NCBI GenBank assembly: GCA_010909165.1
Contig: MU008215.1
Coordinates: 186,001-250,000, forward strand
Source of the DNA: Anthoceros angustus
Lineage: Eukaryota > Plantae > Anthocerotophyta
Direction of reading: 5' to 3'
Length of the DNA stretch: 64,000 nucleotides
In this document: piece after piece, positions 13,200-27,200 of the stretch
Layout: each line of letters starts with the position of its first letter
Position numbering within the stretch: position 1 is the stretch's first letter
Translations under genes and position numbers: made by a program
The notes under the pieces: generated by a model
The model's database searches: none
Told to the model about the DNA's origin: nothing
The model's input: only the letters and a program-made list of their open reading frames with translations

Positions 13200-16100
13200 G
13201 TCACCACCAAGCAACCTTATCTCAGTATGGAGAGGGAAGGGTATGAAGACCCGATGAATTTGTTGAGCGTTTTGAGCTTGACATTTGCAAACCAGAAGCG
13301 GGAGATGCACAACAGATTCATTGTTCTATGGAGTTCTTGGGGTCCAAAAGTGGTATAGGCGAATACCTCAAGTCACCCACACCTCCAAAGAACCTATGAA
13401 GAATTAAAACCGCCTGTGAAAGGTCTGGGGCTTGACGAGAGGATACGTGTTGTCCAAGCTTGAAAACCCGCAGAGGAAAGAAGGAAACCTTGCAGCGTAT
13501 GTGGAGAGGTTTCACCACGCGATCAAGTGGCCCTCACTGAGTGCAATACGGTGGTTCGCTAAAGGCCCGGGTTCTAAGATGGGGAGACACGAAGGTTACA
13601 AGCGGAGAAGAATTTGGGCAAGGCTATCAAGGCGGCGCTAAACTATGAGGAATCCAACCCGCAAGGGAGGAGGAAGGCTAAGAAGGAGAAGAAGAAGCCT
13701 GTGGCGAAAAAAGAAGGGATCCTCATCCTCCTAAGGAAGTTCATCGTGAAGAAAGCTCCAGAAGATTCCACGTAAAGTTCCTGAGGAGGAAACGAGTGAC
13801 AGTGAGGAAGGCCATCGATGAGGAGCGCCAAATGGAAAAAGAAATGAAGGGTCGCACGGACAACAAGGAGCCGGGCAAGGGCAAAACAGGAGTACGCAAA
13901 GAAGGACGCGAATAAAGGAGAAGGGAGGCCGAGGTAGCCAAGAAAGTAGAACAACAGGGAACAAGATGGAGGAGATGATGGCAAAATTCGAGAAATTCCA
14001 TCTTAATGCCAAGGAACATGAGAGGCGGAGAGTCACACCAACCTCTTCAACGTGTGGGCAGGGACACTCCAAAGCTAATTGTCCGACAAGGGTACACCGG
14101 GATATGAGGAAGAGGAGGAAGAGGGTCCGTGGAAGATACATACGATCCGTGGAGGTTCACCAACCCAAGTGTACCCAAAGACCATGTACCCGCCAACCTA
14201 CGTAATTCCACGGGGTAGGCGTCAGAATCACAAGGGTAACAATCCAATGGCACTTGTGCTATAATTGTCGCAACCTTGACACTATGCACGGCCTTATCCA
14301 ACTCGTCAAGGCAATGGAGATTTTGATAAACTATGTCAAGATTAAGCAGGGCAGGTGAAGTGTGCTCGCCAAAGCCCCAAAGACGGTGAGGATCGCAGCC
14401 CACCGGGAGTTCAAGACCAACCCAAGTCCGGTCCGCCATGCATGTTGAGGACGCACTTATGGCGGTATGGGAGGATGCCGAGATTGGAACCCCGAGGAGC
14501 TTGGAGGGATTAGACGCAGAGGAAGCGATTATTATGGGGAAGCCTCCGCCATGGTCGTAGAACAAGGAGCACAAAAGCAAAAGAGAGGCGTGGGGAAAAA
14601 AGAAGAAAGGAGGCGGATACGACCACGGATCGATGAGGGAGAGAGTGTCGCCACCATGGGCGGAAATACCAACACCGCGGAACGCTACAAAGACGAAAAA
14701 CAAGTCCCGCTGACTTGGCGGATGGACCATATGTGCAAAAGAGTGATGCAAGAGACTGAGTGTTCCAAAAGGTGAATGAAGGGGTGACAAGCCGAAGGGG
14801 TGGAACCCTACCGATTTCAGAGAGTTACCGAACCGAGTTAGGGTTTCCACCGGACGACGGGTGAAGTCATGGATATGATACAAGAAGAATTGGCAAGGAG
14901 GCTACGGAAAAGGCGGGGTGTCGATTTCCACCACCCTGTGGGAGTCCACCACCCCACCGGAAGGGCCACCGTACCCCAAGTCATGACGAACCGGAACCCA
15001 CACCAACCAAACTCGGATGGTAGAGGTCGGGCCACCGCTTCTTTCAATCTCGCCGAGGCCATCATGGACCAACATTTCATGATCACATTCGGACAACTCC
15101 TCCGAGACAATCCGCGTATAGGCAATGATCGAGGGCGTTAAAAGAGGCGCAACCCAAAAGAGGCGCAATGTTCCTATACCAGCCGCTCAGTGAACTTGGT
15201 ATCCATGGTGGATCAAGGCCCACCAACCTGTGGAAATTTCGGATGTGTCATCAAAGGAGTGCCTCGACACTGGTAAATATTATGATGTAAGACACGGCTA
15301 GGAAATTGGGCTTGGATATTGAACATACTACCAAGGTTTTGAGGCTAGCCGACATGTCCGTAATGGTGCCGGTGGGGGAACCGAGGGGTGCTAACGACCA
15401 TTGGAACCATCCCTACTTGATGGATTATGTAGTCATCCAAAGAAAATCGCTGTGGTACGACGTCCTAATTGGCCGAACATGGATGTACGATCGCAATGCA
15501 CGCCTGGCAAGGGAAGTCGGTTTTAAACCGCTGGAATGGGATCCCAAGACCAAGGAGGAAGGATGTGCCTATCGTGGAGTAAGGACATGTATGCAGTGAA
15601 ACTCCAATCAAATGTAGGGTACACTCGGCAGAGGACACGGGAGATGGAAGAGGAAGATAGGTTCCTGCTCGCACACATCTCATGGTCCGATGAGGAGCAG
15701 GACTACCGCAGATATCCATATACAATTAACCCTGAGGGTCACGGGTAACCGCCGAATGCTCCGGAAGGGGTCCGGCGATTCGGAACAGCAGTGGAGAAGC
15801 GGAGGAGGCGCCACGCACCACGCGGAGGATTTGTTTAGGGAATGGGGCATGAGAGAAGAGGAACCGCGGGAGCCGTAAGAAGGATTCGGGGTTAGCACCG
15901 CACTGAGAGCGCGAGTGGTACAGCCGATGAAGTCAAGGACGTTGAGGTTCTTCCGAAGGTGCTCAAATTCTTAACAATGGATGCGGCGTTGGAGGAAGGA
16001 ATGAAGCAACCGCGTAATTTATCGATGTTTTCGCCGAGGCAGACATGAAGGGATCCCCAAAGAATGGGGCGAGCATAGGATTGACTTGGAACCGAGCAAT

Positions 16101-18470
16101 TCGAAGGATTCCACAAGACAAGTTAAATCCAAGTACTCCTCAAGGTAAAGGATCGGAGATGTACCTCAAGGCGACGTGATCTATCCTATAGTCAATACCG
16201 AATGGGTGGCTCCAATAGTGGTAGTACCTAAGAGGCGCCAGCAAAATCCGAGTTTGTCGATCGGAGAAGGTTGAATAAGGTCACCAAGAAGGATCACTTT
16301 CCGCTACCCTTCATCGATAATATCCTCGGATCCGTCGCAGTGTAATGGCGATTCATTCCTAGACGGTACTGGGTATAATCACCGCACCTTAGGGAGAGCG
16401 ATTGGCCTCGACCGCTTTTACAACCGATCGGGGACATATGCTTACAAGCGCATTTGGGTTGACGGAGCACTGGTCCTTCATGCGAGCCATCACAAAATTT
16501 TCAAGGACTTCCGCGACTTTATGGAAGTTTTCCGATTCGGGGCCGCCAAGGACCATCCGCCGCACCTCCGGAAGTGCTCGGCCGAGCAACGCAATTATGC
16601 CGCATCCGTAAAAGTGCTACTGTCAGGGGGCATCAATTTCAAGCCGAGGTATAGAAGTAGATCCGGACAAGGTAAAGGTCATCGCCACCCTTAGAGCACC
16701 AATAACGCTAAAGGAACTCCGGGTTCCCGGGATGGTCGGTATTTTGCTCCACCGCCAAGCCCCACTAACGAGCTTGTTAAGGAAGGATCGTGAATGGGAG
16801 GACGACGAACGGAGGAAGCATTTCGTGACTTACGCACCACACCGCTACCCCACGCTAAAAGGACCGGATCGAGTAAGAAGTTCCACGCTGCTGATGTTTC
16901 AGATTTGCAATTGGGCACGCCGGATGAGAAGAAGAAGGATTTTCCGATCTACTATGCCGAGACAACTAACGGAGCGCAATCGGAATGGTTTACTTGGTCG
17001 AAATTCGATACTACCTCTCGTATGAATTTGTGTTCCATGTTGACCACTTTGCCTTGAAACACCTTGTGAATAAACTCGACCTTTCGGACGACAGCGGATC
17101 TTGCCGCTGTGAGTTTACCTTCACAAAGGAAACGAGAGAGGGTAGGAAGCATATCAATGCCGACTTCATATCTCGATTGAAAACAGGAAAGGTGGAAAAC
17201 CAGTGAAGACGACTTTCCCGATGAGACACTGCTCGCAGGAGTTGCAAACCAACCAAAGTGAAGCCCACTGGAAGGAGGAGCCAAGATCGATTGAGAAGGG
17301 AGGGTGGCTTTAAGACCAACATATCGAGATATACGATTATCTTGGCACGGCCAAATTCCTCCAGCCTATCCAAGACATGATTCAAAGCGTTGTCCACTAC
17401 TCCGCACCATTCACACGGCAACAATATGAATTTATACCGAGTCCGGACGGTGGAGCGGTTATGGTACGCATCAAGGTGTGAGCGAGTCCCGAGCTCTTTA
17501 CACGAAGAAGAGGCGGAGGTCATTATGCCGCATGTCACATGGAAAATTTTGAGGTCGGCTATTGGTGGCCTACAATGTACAAGGATGCCTGGAGTTCGTG
17601 AAGCGCGGCCAAAGGGTCGGCAAGCCAACAAAGAACAACCCAATGGCCCCTTGTCCCCATACTTGCACCGCACCATTCGAGAAATGGGGAGGGTCCTATC
17701 CACCCAAAACCAAGGCTCGCCAAAACCAATACATCCCGTGGCCACAGACATCGACGCGGATGGTAGAAGCAGTGCACGCCGGTAGATTCGCCGTAGCGAT
17801 TCTGCTCGAGCAAATCATCACCGATATCACCGGAGAGTCGCTGATGAGGAACACATTTCGTCAATCGTAATCTCCAACATGACCAACCACTTCAACGCCG
17901 CCCACTGTGAAGTCCACGCCTTATAACCCAAAAGCCAATGGGCCGAAAAAGGCAAATGGCTTGTTGTGCAAGATCCTAACCAAACTCATCACCTATGTAT
18001 GATCGATATGAAATCGCATTCAAGACAGGCATCGGACCATGGAAAGGTGACAACGCAGAAACCCCGTATTATCTTACTTACGGCATTCATCATTATGCCA
18101 ATAGAATTCAAGTTCCCACCGAGAATACAGGAACCAAGTCGAATGCGTGGAGGAAAGTCATTGGAAAGGTTGGTGGGTTTCAGACGACACACGGAGGATG
18201 AGAACAAGCCTCCAAGTTATGCGGGATGTCCAAGACAGGAGGAAGGAGTGGCACGACAAGAGATTGAAGCCAAGAATACGTTGTTCCCGGGATCCGCTTT
18301 ACTACGATAACCGATACATGCACTGTAAATTACATCTCGATGGATGGGGCCCTTCGTAGTTTCGTAAGTTACAACGGATCAATTCAACTCAAGATTTTAG
18401 TGGCTCACCCTTGCCAACGCTCCAACGGTTGGCGGGTCAAGAAATATTACCAATAAGTTGGCGAGGACGC
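13200..18470 (+). mobile_element. Gypsy gag-pol (gag, CCHC knuckles, protease, RT, RNase H, integrase), heavily frameshifted
   Basis: YVERFHH gag region (~13495); STCGQGHSKANCP (~14045-14085); EWVAPIVVVPK and KKDHFPLPFIDNIL RT motifs (16200-16330); HINADFISR RNase H (~17150); PFEKWG and GTHF rve motifs (17670-17860); WMGPFVV GPF motif (~18340). Confidence 0.85.
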
Positions 18471-18478
18471 CAACAAAT

Positions 18479-18490
18479 GAGAAGGGAGTA
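18479..18490 (+). promoter_or_regulatory. Polypurine tract
   Basis: GAGAAGGGAG(TA) immediately before the TG of the 3' LTR. Confidence 0.7.
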
Positions 18491-21400
18491 TGTGGAAGAC
18501 CACATGTGAACTAACCCCGCCTCTCAAGTGTCGGTGAACGATTTTTTGTTTTGGGTGTGTTAGAATAGCAGTGCTTTGAGAATCGTCGAGTGTCTTTTAT
18601 ACGGAATGGTCCTTGGCCCTTGGAGATAATAATAATTTTTCGACCCTTAGGTTTGACCCGAGGTGGGTAGAAATAGAGTCCTTGGGTATTGGGAATTTTA
18701 GAATAAAAGGTGTCTATATATGCTAGGGATGCTCACAATATGCCAGCCAGTGTAGTCAAGTGGGTGGTGGCTAGTTCCACCACGGTGGCCAGAAACGGAC
18801 GCATGCACTGTGGAATTTACAACCCTAGTGGCGGAGCGGACTACCACACCGGAGCGCAATCGGGAGAAGGGCACACCCAAAGACCGCGAGGTCGCGACTT
18901 TCCGTGAGGGGCCGGAGCGGGGCAAAGAGGGGCGCGCGCGGCATACGACGCCAGCCAATCACCGCCTCACTGCGGAGAGGAGGAAGGACGATGTAGGCGG
19001 GCGGCGCGGAGGAGAGAAATCGCCGCAAGTTCGCGAGGAGGCGTGGAAGGAGCGCGAGGCGGCTCGATTTTTTTTCTTCTCACCGTGATCCGCAGGTAGT
19101 CGAGGTTTTGTTTTGGGAGACAACGAGAAGGAGATGGCGCCGAGCCGCGTCCCTCATCACGCAGGGCCCAACATGGACCATCGGAAAGTGAGAGCCGGCA
19201 CTGCGTGAGCCGGGTCTCAAGTTCATGGAGAAGAAATGGTGCTACGATGTACCGCATTGGTGCAAGAGTGCGCCCGCAATTAAGGACCAAGTCGCAAGAG
19301 GGTGACGCGAGGAAAAGGCCGCAGAATCTGGATTTGGCCTCTTCGAGCAAAGCAGGGGCGAAGCATCGAGGATGGGAGCTTGGTGATTGACCCCAGAAGA
19401 AGACCTTGAAAGCGCAGCGCCGCGCCATGAAGCCTGGGAAGTGAGAGTGAACAATGGTGGGTGACTCGCCAACTCGCACTGGTGGGATTGGCCAAATGGA
19501 TTTTGTGTTTCCTACGTAACCGGAAGTCGGATCATATGGCGGATCACTTCTTGGTTTTTCTTCACGAGGTGGTCAAGGGTACACAAATTGATTGGGGAGG
19601 ATGATTTTCAAAGAGCCTGTGAGGAGAAGGCGAATTTACTCTCTTCCCTCGGCCCTCCTTGATTTCGCCTTTTCCGATTCATGTATTTGCGCATTCCGGT
19701 GTTTAACGAGTTGAAGTCGGGTCCGCCCGCATGGTTGGAAGCCGTGAACTCAAGGTAGAAGAGGAGGAATTGAAGGAGGATTCGCAAGGATTCCAGTTGG
19801 GAGGCGCCTCGGAAGGTTCTAAGAGGAGGGAAGTTTCCAAGGGTAAGAAGCGAAGGGCGGCAACGGTCGAACGGGATCGCGAAGGGAGGGCAGCAGCAGA
19901 GGAGGAACCCAGCCACACCTGTGGTCACCAGTCAAGACGCAGCAGAACGCGGTAAAGGAGGAGAAAGTAAAGGGAAATGGCAAGTTGCTCCCTCCTGTGT
20001 GATGAATCGCGCCGCTAGGGGAGAATGAATGAGAAGAGGCAAGGCGCACCAACCCCTAGGAGAGGAGGGGTTAACTTCAGCCGAGACCGCAACGAGCTCC
20101 GGACATTTTGGCGACATTTCACCGAACCGTCCTAGAGGTGGGGATAGGAGACACCGCACGAGAATTGTTGTGGAGGCGGATGGGCAAGGGACAGCCCAAT
20201 TTGGGATTTGCGGTGGTTTGACCGGCCATGGCATGACGCAGCGGATCTCCTCGATCAAGCCATGGCTCTCACTGGCCGAGTGTGCAAGGCCAGGAGAAGT
20301 TGCTCAAGGAGAAGTTGGAGAGCCCGAAGGCGAGAGCAAGGCGGCCGAGGAGCGCAGACGGAGTGCGGCGGCCTTATGCAAGGCACAGAGTTAAGGCACA
20401 TGTCCACTCGCAGAAGCTTTAGTAAATCAGTCAAGGGGCGATGCTACAATTGAAGAGCTTCGGATGAGGTCTCGCGAGTCCAGGAGCAGTGGAAGCGATG
20501 GCGCCTTGGAGAAATTCAAGAAATCATGAGACAAGCGGAAAGAGACGGGCTTAGGGCCGAGTCAAGAGAGAGGTGGCCAAACCAAGAAAGGCCGAGCAAC
20601 CACCGCAGAGCCAAACAACCACCGTGGGAAGAACCACCACGGTGGCTAAACCAGCCACCGCCGTGGAACGGGAACCGAGGTGGGGAAGTCACCGATGGAG
20701 TGTCGCAGATGGAGGGATGATCCGGAGAATCAACAGCCCGCCTGTGATTGTCCACGGAGGAGAGGGTAAGGACCTCATCGGCGGGCGACAGTTACGCCCG
20801 GATGAGGATGCTCATGTCCTCGGCCGCTCGCATGGTGAGCGGTGCTCACTCTAAACGTGTATGTGGTTGTTGGGACAGAGGGGCGTAAACCACCGGTCAG
20901 ACATCTTGACCGCCACGCTACTGGTTCCTTCGAGGAGCGGGCGCCTATCCTCCGCAAGTGGTGCCGGAAGAGATGAGCGAGGCGCAGCGAGCATGGAGGG
21001 AGGAGCACACGTATGGTTGTCCAAATGAGGAGGACGGGACAATGGACATAGAGGACAGGCGCGCAACGCCCCGCTGGAAGGCGCGAGGGAAATTCAAAGG
21101 AGAGCGAGGTGGAGGTTGTGGGGAAAATCGCCGGATCGCAGGCGATCAAGAGCGAGAGGGGTCCCCATGGGCCGAGGGGCGAGGCAAAGAATCGCGAGGC
21201 GGCAGCTGATTTTAGGAGAGTCGCGATAGCCTAGGACCGGGTTTTTCGTAGAGGATAGGGAGTTCCATCACCGAGTGTTGTTTAGATTGGTAAGGCGCCG
21301 TGGTAGCTACAATTTTAGACACTAAAGAGAAGTGAGCCGTGTTGGACCACGCGATGTATAAGAGACCCTTTGGGTGTCTCTCAAGGCGACGATTTCGTGT

Positions 21401-22147
21401 GAACTTCCGTATCGAACCGCCGAGTGGGGTTGATTGGAGACGCCGTCAAGATCATCAAACGGGCGACCGCCTTCCGTCAAGAAGGCCGGAAGATCTCGGA
21501 TGGTCGAGAGCGGAGTGGCCAAGCTCCACGCCTGTAACGGAAGGCAGTGGCCACCGAAAAGAGGTAGGAATGCCGCGACGGCCGAGGCGGAACTGGAAGG
21601 CGAATCGCGCACCGGCCGGGTTTCTTCCGATCCTCTTTCCAACCGCTGCCACTGTGTGTTCATTCCATGAGAGGGGTCTGTGGCCCAAGGAGGGTCTGTG
21701 GCCCAAGGGAAAAGGGGTCTGTGGCCCGTGAGACGAGAGAGAGTTCATTGGGAAGGGAAAGGTTCCCGAGGAGTAGTGTGGGAGGGGAGATGTGAGGGAA
21801 AATCGGAAACGCGAGGGGAGTGGAAGCGTGGTGGATCGCAGAAATTCAAGGTGAGGCGTATATAGGTGTCCGATAGCCCCTAGGTCCGTGCAGAGAAGTC
21901 TGACGAGACTCCGCGGCGGCGGGTGGTGGGGCCCGCCATGTTTAACCGCCACGGTGGCCGAGTCTACCACGGTGGTGGGTTTGGGCAAGGTAGCCGGAGA
22001 AGGTGAGGTAGCGGGCGAGGTGTCTAGAATCCATAGATTTAGCACACCTTGACACAACACCATTCCCTTGGGATCGAATCCTAGGACTATAACGACATAG
22101 AGGGTAAATGTGGCCTCTTTGGCCTTCGATGCAAAACCCATTCCACA
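18491..22147 (+). repeat. 3' LTR of the Gypsy element (~3.65 kb)
   Basis: TGTGGAAGACC...CCATTCCACA; colinear copy of 9135-12752 with many small indels. Confidence 0.9.
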
Positions 22148-23600
22148 AGGTGGGGCCGACATCGCCACTCCATTGTACTGTACCACGCCCTGCTCCACCG
22201 CCCACCGCCGTCTACGAGCCACCTCCTCGCAACCAAAGATATATTTCTTTCTTCAAGTCCAAAGAATACCGTGAATCCAAGTCCTCCCAAAGAATCAACA
22301 CATGCACGCCCCTCACTTGCAATCCCGCCGAGTCCCAAGGCCCGGTAACTGCTATGACGTGCAAAATCGATGCTCGTAGTTTGAAATGCCCGCTTGGATG
22401 GTTGACCGTTTGAGAAGTCTTCCGTGTCCATGCCTTCCAAAGGTCCCGCAGTCCTCGATTAAAGGCGCCATAAAGACATCGAATTCCATGCCAGCCCCCG
22501 CACAATCAACGGCATAATCACATTCGCATCCTTTGTGCTGGCCCATGGTGGCATATTGCACGAACAATGACCCATATGGATGTGTTTGCACTGCCAAATG
22601 GATTGAAGCCATCTGCACAATGCAAACCTTACGCTGCTGTTTTCCCCAAAGCCGCCTACTCCATCAAGAGCTGTCCAAGCCGGTGTGTCGCCCATGATGG
22701 TCATCCCCTGCCCCTGCCTCGCTTCCCCACATACTGTCATCATCTCTACAGATGTGGCATTTGAAACATTCAAGGCCAGCGTGCCTTCAACGGAAAATGC
22801 CAAAGCACCTTACGCGTATTTCATCTTCCTCATCAAACCCTTCCCTAAACCGCGGTGTGTCGATTCGCAATGCGTAGTCGGCGATTCAGATAAAACCCTC
22901 TCACAGAAGGATTTTCTGCACTTTGGCCCAAACATGTATAAAAGTGCCTTGGCCTCAGACATGTCTTTGGGCGTGCGCCGTGGCGTAATATCGTGGTAAT
23001 TAGCCGCAAAAGTCCCGCCATGGCGACGCCATCGAGGTCATACATTGATTGCCAAGACAAGAAAGAGTGTGGCGCTTAGCCTCGCTTCAACCATGTCCTT
23101 CGGGATGTGGTACAAGGGCGTTTCACCGCCACAAGACGCACCGTCTCCGCATCGCTTGCCCTCCTGCTCCGCCAGTGGTCCCGCCAACAACTCATCCATC
23201 GTGGTACCCGGTGGCAAGTCTCACCATCCGCCTCTTCCGAATCGCCTAATTACCGCTATCAAGTTAGCATCGCTGTTTTGCGTGCCCCTGACATATGTGA
23301 CACCGTGTCCGGCGGGATGCATGGTGCCCACTATACGGCTGCCCATGCCCATCGTCCCGCACTATTGTGCATGGGCGGCCGCCATTAACCACAATAATTG
23401 AACCATATGGAGCAGCCGATCGTCAAGGTCACAATGGTCCGTACCGCTGGCCGCGCCCTTGCATGACTTGGCGAAGGCAATGAACTCGAGACGTGAGCCG
23501 GAATACGGCCGCGACGCCTCGCACGCACTCGGCAAGGCGTAACATGTACACCAGATTCGCATTCAGGCATTCTCCCCGCGTGACTCGTGGATGACGCGAA
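22148..23600 (-). mobile_element. CACTA/EnSpm TnpD transposase, 5' half (Transposase_21/Tnp2 domain)
   Basis: Minus strand: LEFIAFA (~23470-23490), KVLWHFPLKARL (~22770-22810), VRFALC.DGFNPFGS (~22595-22635), NMPPWASTKDANVIMPLIV, FDVFMAPLIED.RDLWK, GHFKLRASILHVIA. Confidence 0.8.
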
Positions 23601-24250
23601 GAAGAATCGGGAGGAAGAACTTCGCTTAAATGGAAGCGCTTTCCGTGACTTCGACAACAAGCTCAAAAAGAAGTCCGGCACAAGAATAAAATGCTTTCCA
23701 CCATGGACGCGACGGTGGACTCACCCGACTGACCTCGCTGCCTCGGGAACAAAGACTTGGAGGATGCGCAGAGTTAAAGCATCCGCAGCCATGTGTCGAC
23801 AATGGAAGCCTCGACAACACCCTATGGTGTTCTCACTGAATCAAGCTGCTATGCAGACATCACCAGATGTCTCAAGACGCCAAATGCCACCGCCAGATTC
23901 ACCGAGCCATCGAGTGGCATGGAACGGGACTTGTGGGTCCGTGTTTGATTACCGCCAGCCCCGCAGCAGAGTGCTGGAAGACGAGTTCGGGCCAGACACC
24001 GAGATGTATTCCGGATGGACGCCCTCATTGCCGCCACACCCAATTCGCCGCCTCTTCCGGGCAACGATGGGATAGAAAGGGATGACGTCGGCCCGACATC
24101 GAGGGTTGGGGACAACGGCCGGGAATGGTTCGCTTGGGTGACTCCACTTGCAACATTCAATGTCATATGTTTGGCGCATCGCTCATTGACGGTGTCATGC
24201 CTTGTGTCAAGAATGCGGAAAGGCAAAACAGTGCGGGCCACCATCGCTAG

Positions 24251-27200
24251 TGTGCATAACCTCCTTTATCTGCACTTTGTCTACGGCGAGGGAAAGCGTG
24301 GAGCTCATGCTCACACTAACCCCTCTCCGAAGTGTCGGGATGAACGATTTTTTTTGTTTTGGGAGTGTTTGTATAGCAAGGTGCTTTGAGAATTGCCTGG
24401 GTAAGGTCTTTTATACGAGAATGGTCCTTGGCCCTTGGGATAATAATTTTCTTTTTGAACCTTAGGTTTTTCGACAGATAGGTAGGTAGAGATAGAGTCC
24501 TTGGTTTTGGTGATTTTAGAAATAAGAAAGTGTCTATATATGTTAGGTGCTACACCACCTGATTCGCAAGCTGGAGGTAGCTAGTTCCACCACGGTGGCG
24601 AACAACGGACGTCTGCACTGGGAGTTTACAACCCTAGTGGCGAGGCCGGTGCAGAGACATACTGAGATCGAGACACACCCGGCCGCGAGGTCGCGAATTT
24701 CCGAGGCGTATGGGGCGGAGGCTTGACAAGGGGCGCCATGCAACCGCGCTGGAGCCTCGCTTTATTGCAGTTGAATGACGGTCGATCGAGGCCGGCACGG
24801 GCGTGGCGGCCTAATTCTTGAAGGGAGATAGAGTTCAAATGACAATGGGATGGAAGTTTAACCTTTGTAAGGTGCTTGGATTAATAGAGGATGACGAAGG
24901 GCGTGAAGATGACGCGTACAAGCAAGACAAGGTTGATAACATGACACATATCTTATTCATCGCCAAGCTAGATGGAAAGGTGTGGGAGAAAGTGGACATG
25001 ATCTTCATCAAATGGGAAGCCTGTGAGCTGTCAGAGCAACTTAAGCGTGTGATTGCTGGTATGAGCAAGAAGGGTAAGGGAAAATGAAAGGTGACCGATG
25101 AGAGTAACAAGTGGATAGTGCCTATGTGAAGCCCAAAGACATGCTAGCAAAGCCCTAGAAATCCTTCCAAGAAGTACCTTCAGGTGAATGTGGCCAACAA
25201 ATGCTCATAAGTGCAACCGAGAAAGTCTTGACAGGTATCATTGGCCTGAAGGGTATAGTCGATGACATCAGTTCACGGAAGAAGGTTCACATCATCCAAG
25301 TGGCGATGGCAAAACACCTACATTGCAAATCCTTCAACATGGTGAGGTAAGAGTACCCTCAACATTCTCGTGACGAAGTTCTAGCTCGCTTCCAAACAGC
25401 CTTTGAGGGCAAGGTAAAGTATTAGTGTTTTGTTGTTTAATGTTTTGTTGGTTAGTGTTGCAGGAGGGCACCGGCTGGCTGGTGCCACAAGCAACATTCA
25501 AGTGTGATCTACAAGAGTGTGATGCATGAAGGTTTAGGGTCTCCGGGCACAGTTGCAAGGGACGGAGGAGCGACGCCAGGAGCTGGAGGACCGTAAGGAG
25601 ACCCTGGAGCTACAACTCCAGGTAACGATGGAGCGGAACAGGGACCTCCAAGGGAGAATCGAGGACCACGAAAGGGAGATACGCTGCTCCATCTCTGCTG
25701 GAGGGTGGAGGAAGGTCGACGGGCGAACCTGGGAGTGACATCACCGAACCGGAGAGAGACTCTAGAAGCTGTGAGCTCATGAGCCGGGACCGCCTGGAAA
25801 GGGAGATTAGGCCTTTAGGCAAGGATGGATGCCGGGAGAGGGTTCGAGAGGAGTGGTCGCCGGGTCCGCTGCGGAAAGCGCGGGAACGCGCCATGGCCGA
25901 AGTTGGCCGAACCACAGGGACGGCGGGAGGAGGAGCACGCGGAGCAACAATGAGGTCACAGGAAGTAGAAGTGAGGCGCCTCATGGCTCGAGAGACTGCC
26001 AGACCCAACCGTCTTGGCGGAGACGGCCCATGTGCCAACCAAGACGCCAACCAATGAGCACCTTGAGGAGGGAATACCGTGCCCGGCTCATGTGGAGGAG
26101 GCCATTCAACAAGTCGATTGAGACTTTGCCTACCTCCGGAGGGAATACAAGGTGCTGGCTCATGTGGAGGCCATTCAACAAGTCGATTGACTTTGCCTAC
26201 TACCACTCGAGCTCCTTAAACCTTGAGGTCTGACCCACCCACAGCATTGACTGACCGGACGGATCGGAGGGAGGTCGGGATGAAGGCCCGGATAGTGCGG
26301 CCACCGGGACCACAGGCGCTATTCGGAGATGAGCGGCGGAGAGGGGGAACATCAGGAGGAGCGGGATACGGTGGTCCCCACCGGACATGAGGTAAGTCCG
26401 TCGCACCCCACCAGGGAAGGGAGGGAGGAGGGCCCCGAGGGGGTCAGAGAAGGAGAAGCCCAAGGGGACCCAAGACAGGCAGGGGGTCCGGTGGGCGAGG
26501 ACGGACCCCCGGGGAGTGCTCTGGGTGGGATGTTCAGGGACCCGCGAGTCCGGACCCTGAGGTCCGAACTCGGGAGGCACGGACCACTGGGACTCGGGTG
26601 AGGCCGGACACGAGGTCCGGACTCCGAGGCAGACGGACCCTAAGGTCTTGACTCGGAGTCGAGGCGGACCACGAGGTCCGGACTCGGGAGGCGGACCCGA
26701 GGTCCGGACTCGAGAGACCGACCCTAGGTCTTGACTCCGGTCGAGGCCCAGGTCGGACTCAGCGAGGCCGGACCCAGGACCGGACTCGAGGAGGAAAGGG
26801 AGAGGATCACCATCGGCCTACCCAGGCAGGTGACCTCGGTGGACCAGCAGTAGGGACCCACTGAGTTAAGAGGGGGAGAGGAGGAGGACTTGGTGGTCAC
26901 TGCGGTCGTCGAGCCGCCGCCCGTAGCTCAACGGCGGTCTCGGGAAGGGAAGGGGCCGCCGCGCTGATCATCCGATTGGGTCTTGCCAAGACTAGGGATT
27001 GGGCCACCAGCGCCGGGGCGGAATCATGGGCACTCCAGCCGTCGACATAGATAGGGGTGGCTAAGGGAATAGTGGGCGGAAGGCTAGGGCACACTGAGCT
27101 GGACATCAGCTCAGAATAGGAGTGTAATAAAGACGCGCCTTGGGCGTAGTATAAGAGGGCGGGCAGTAAAAGCATCTTTCTTTTGGGGTGGATTCCACGT

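Larger units (their letters stand above)
9135..22147 (+). mobile_element. Full-length Ty3/Gypsy LTR retrotransposon (non-chromovirus, Athila/Tat-like), ~13 kb
   Basis: Two ~3.6-kb direct repeats bounded by TGTGGAA...TTCCACA, a PBS after the 5' copy, a PPT before the 3' copy, and internal domain order gag-PR-RT-RH-INT. Confidence 0.9.

Noticed and set aside
9130-22152. 5-bp TSD for the Gypsy element
   Set aside because: Flanks GCGGG and AGGTG do not match, so no TSD is claimed.
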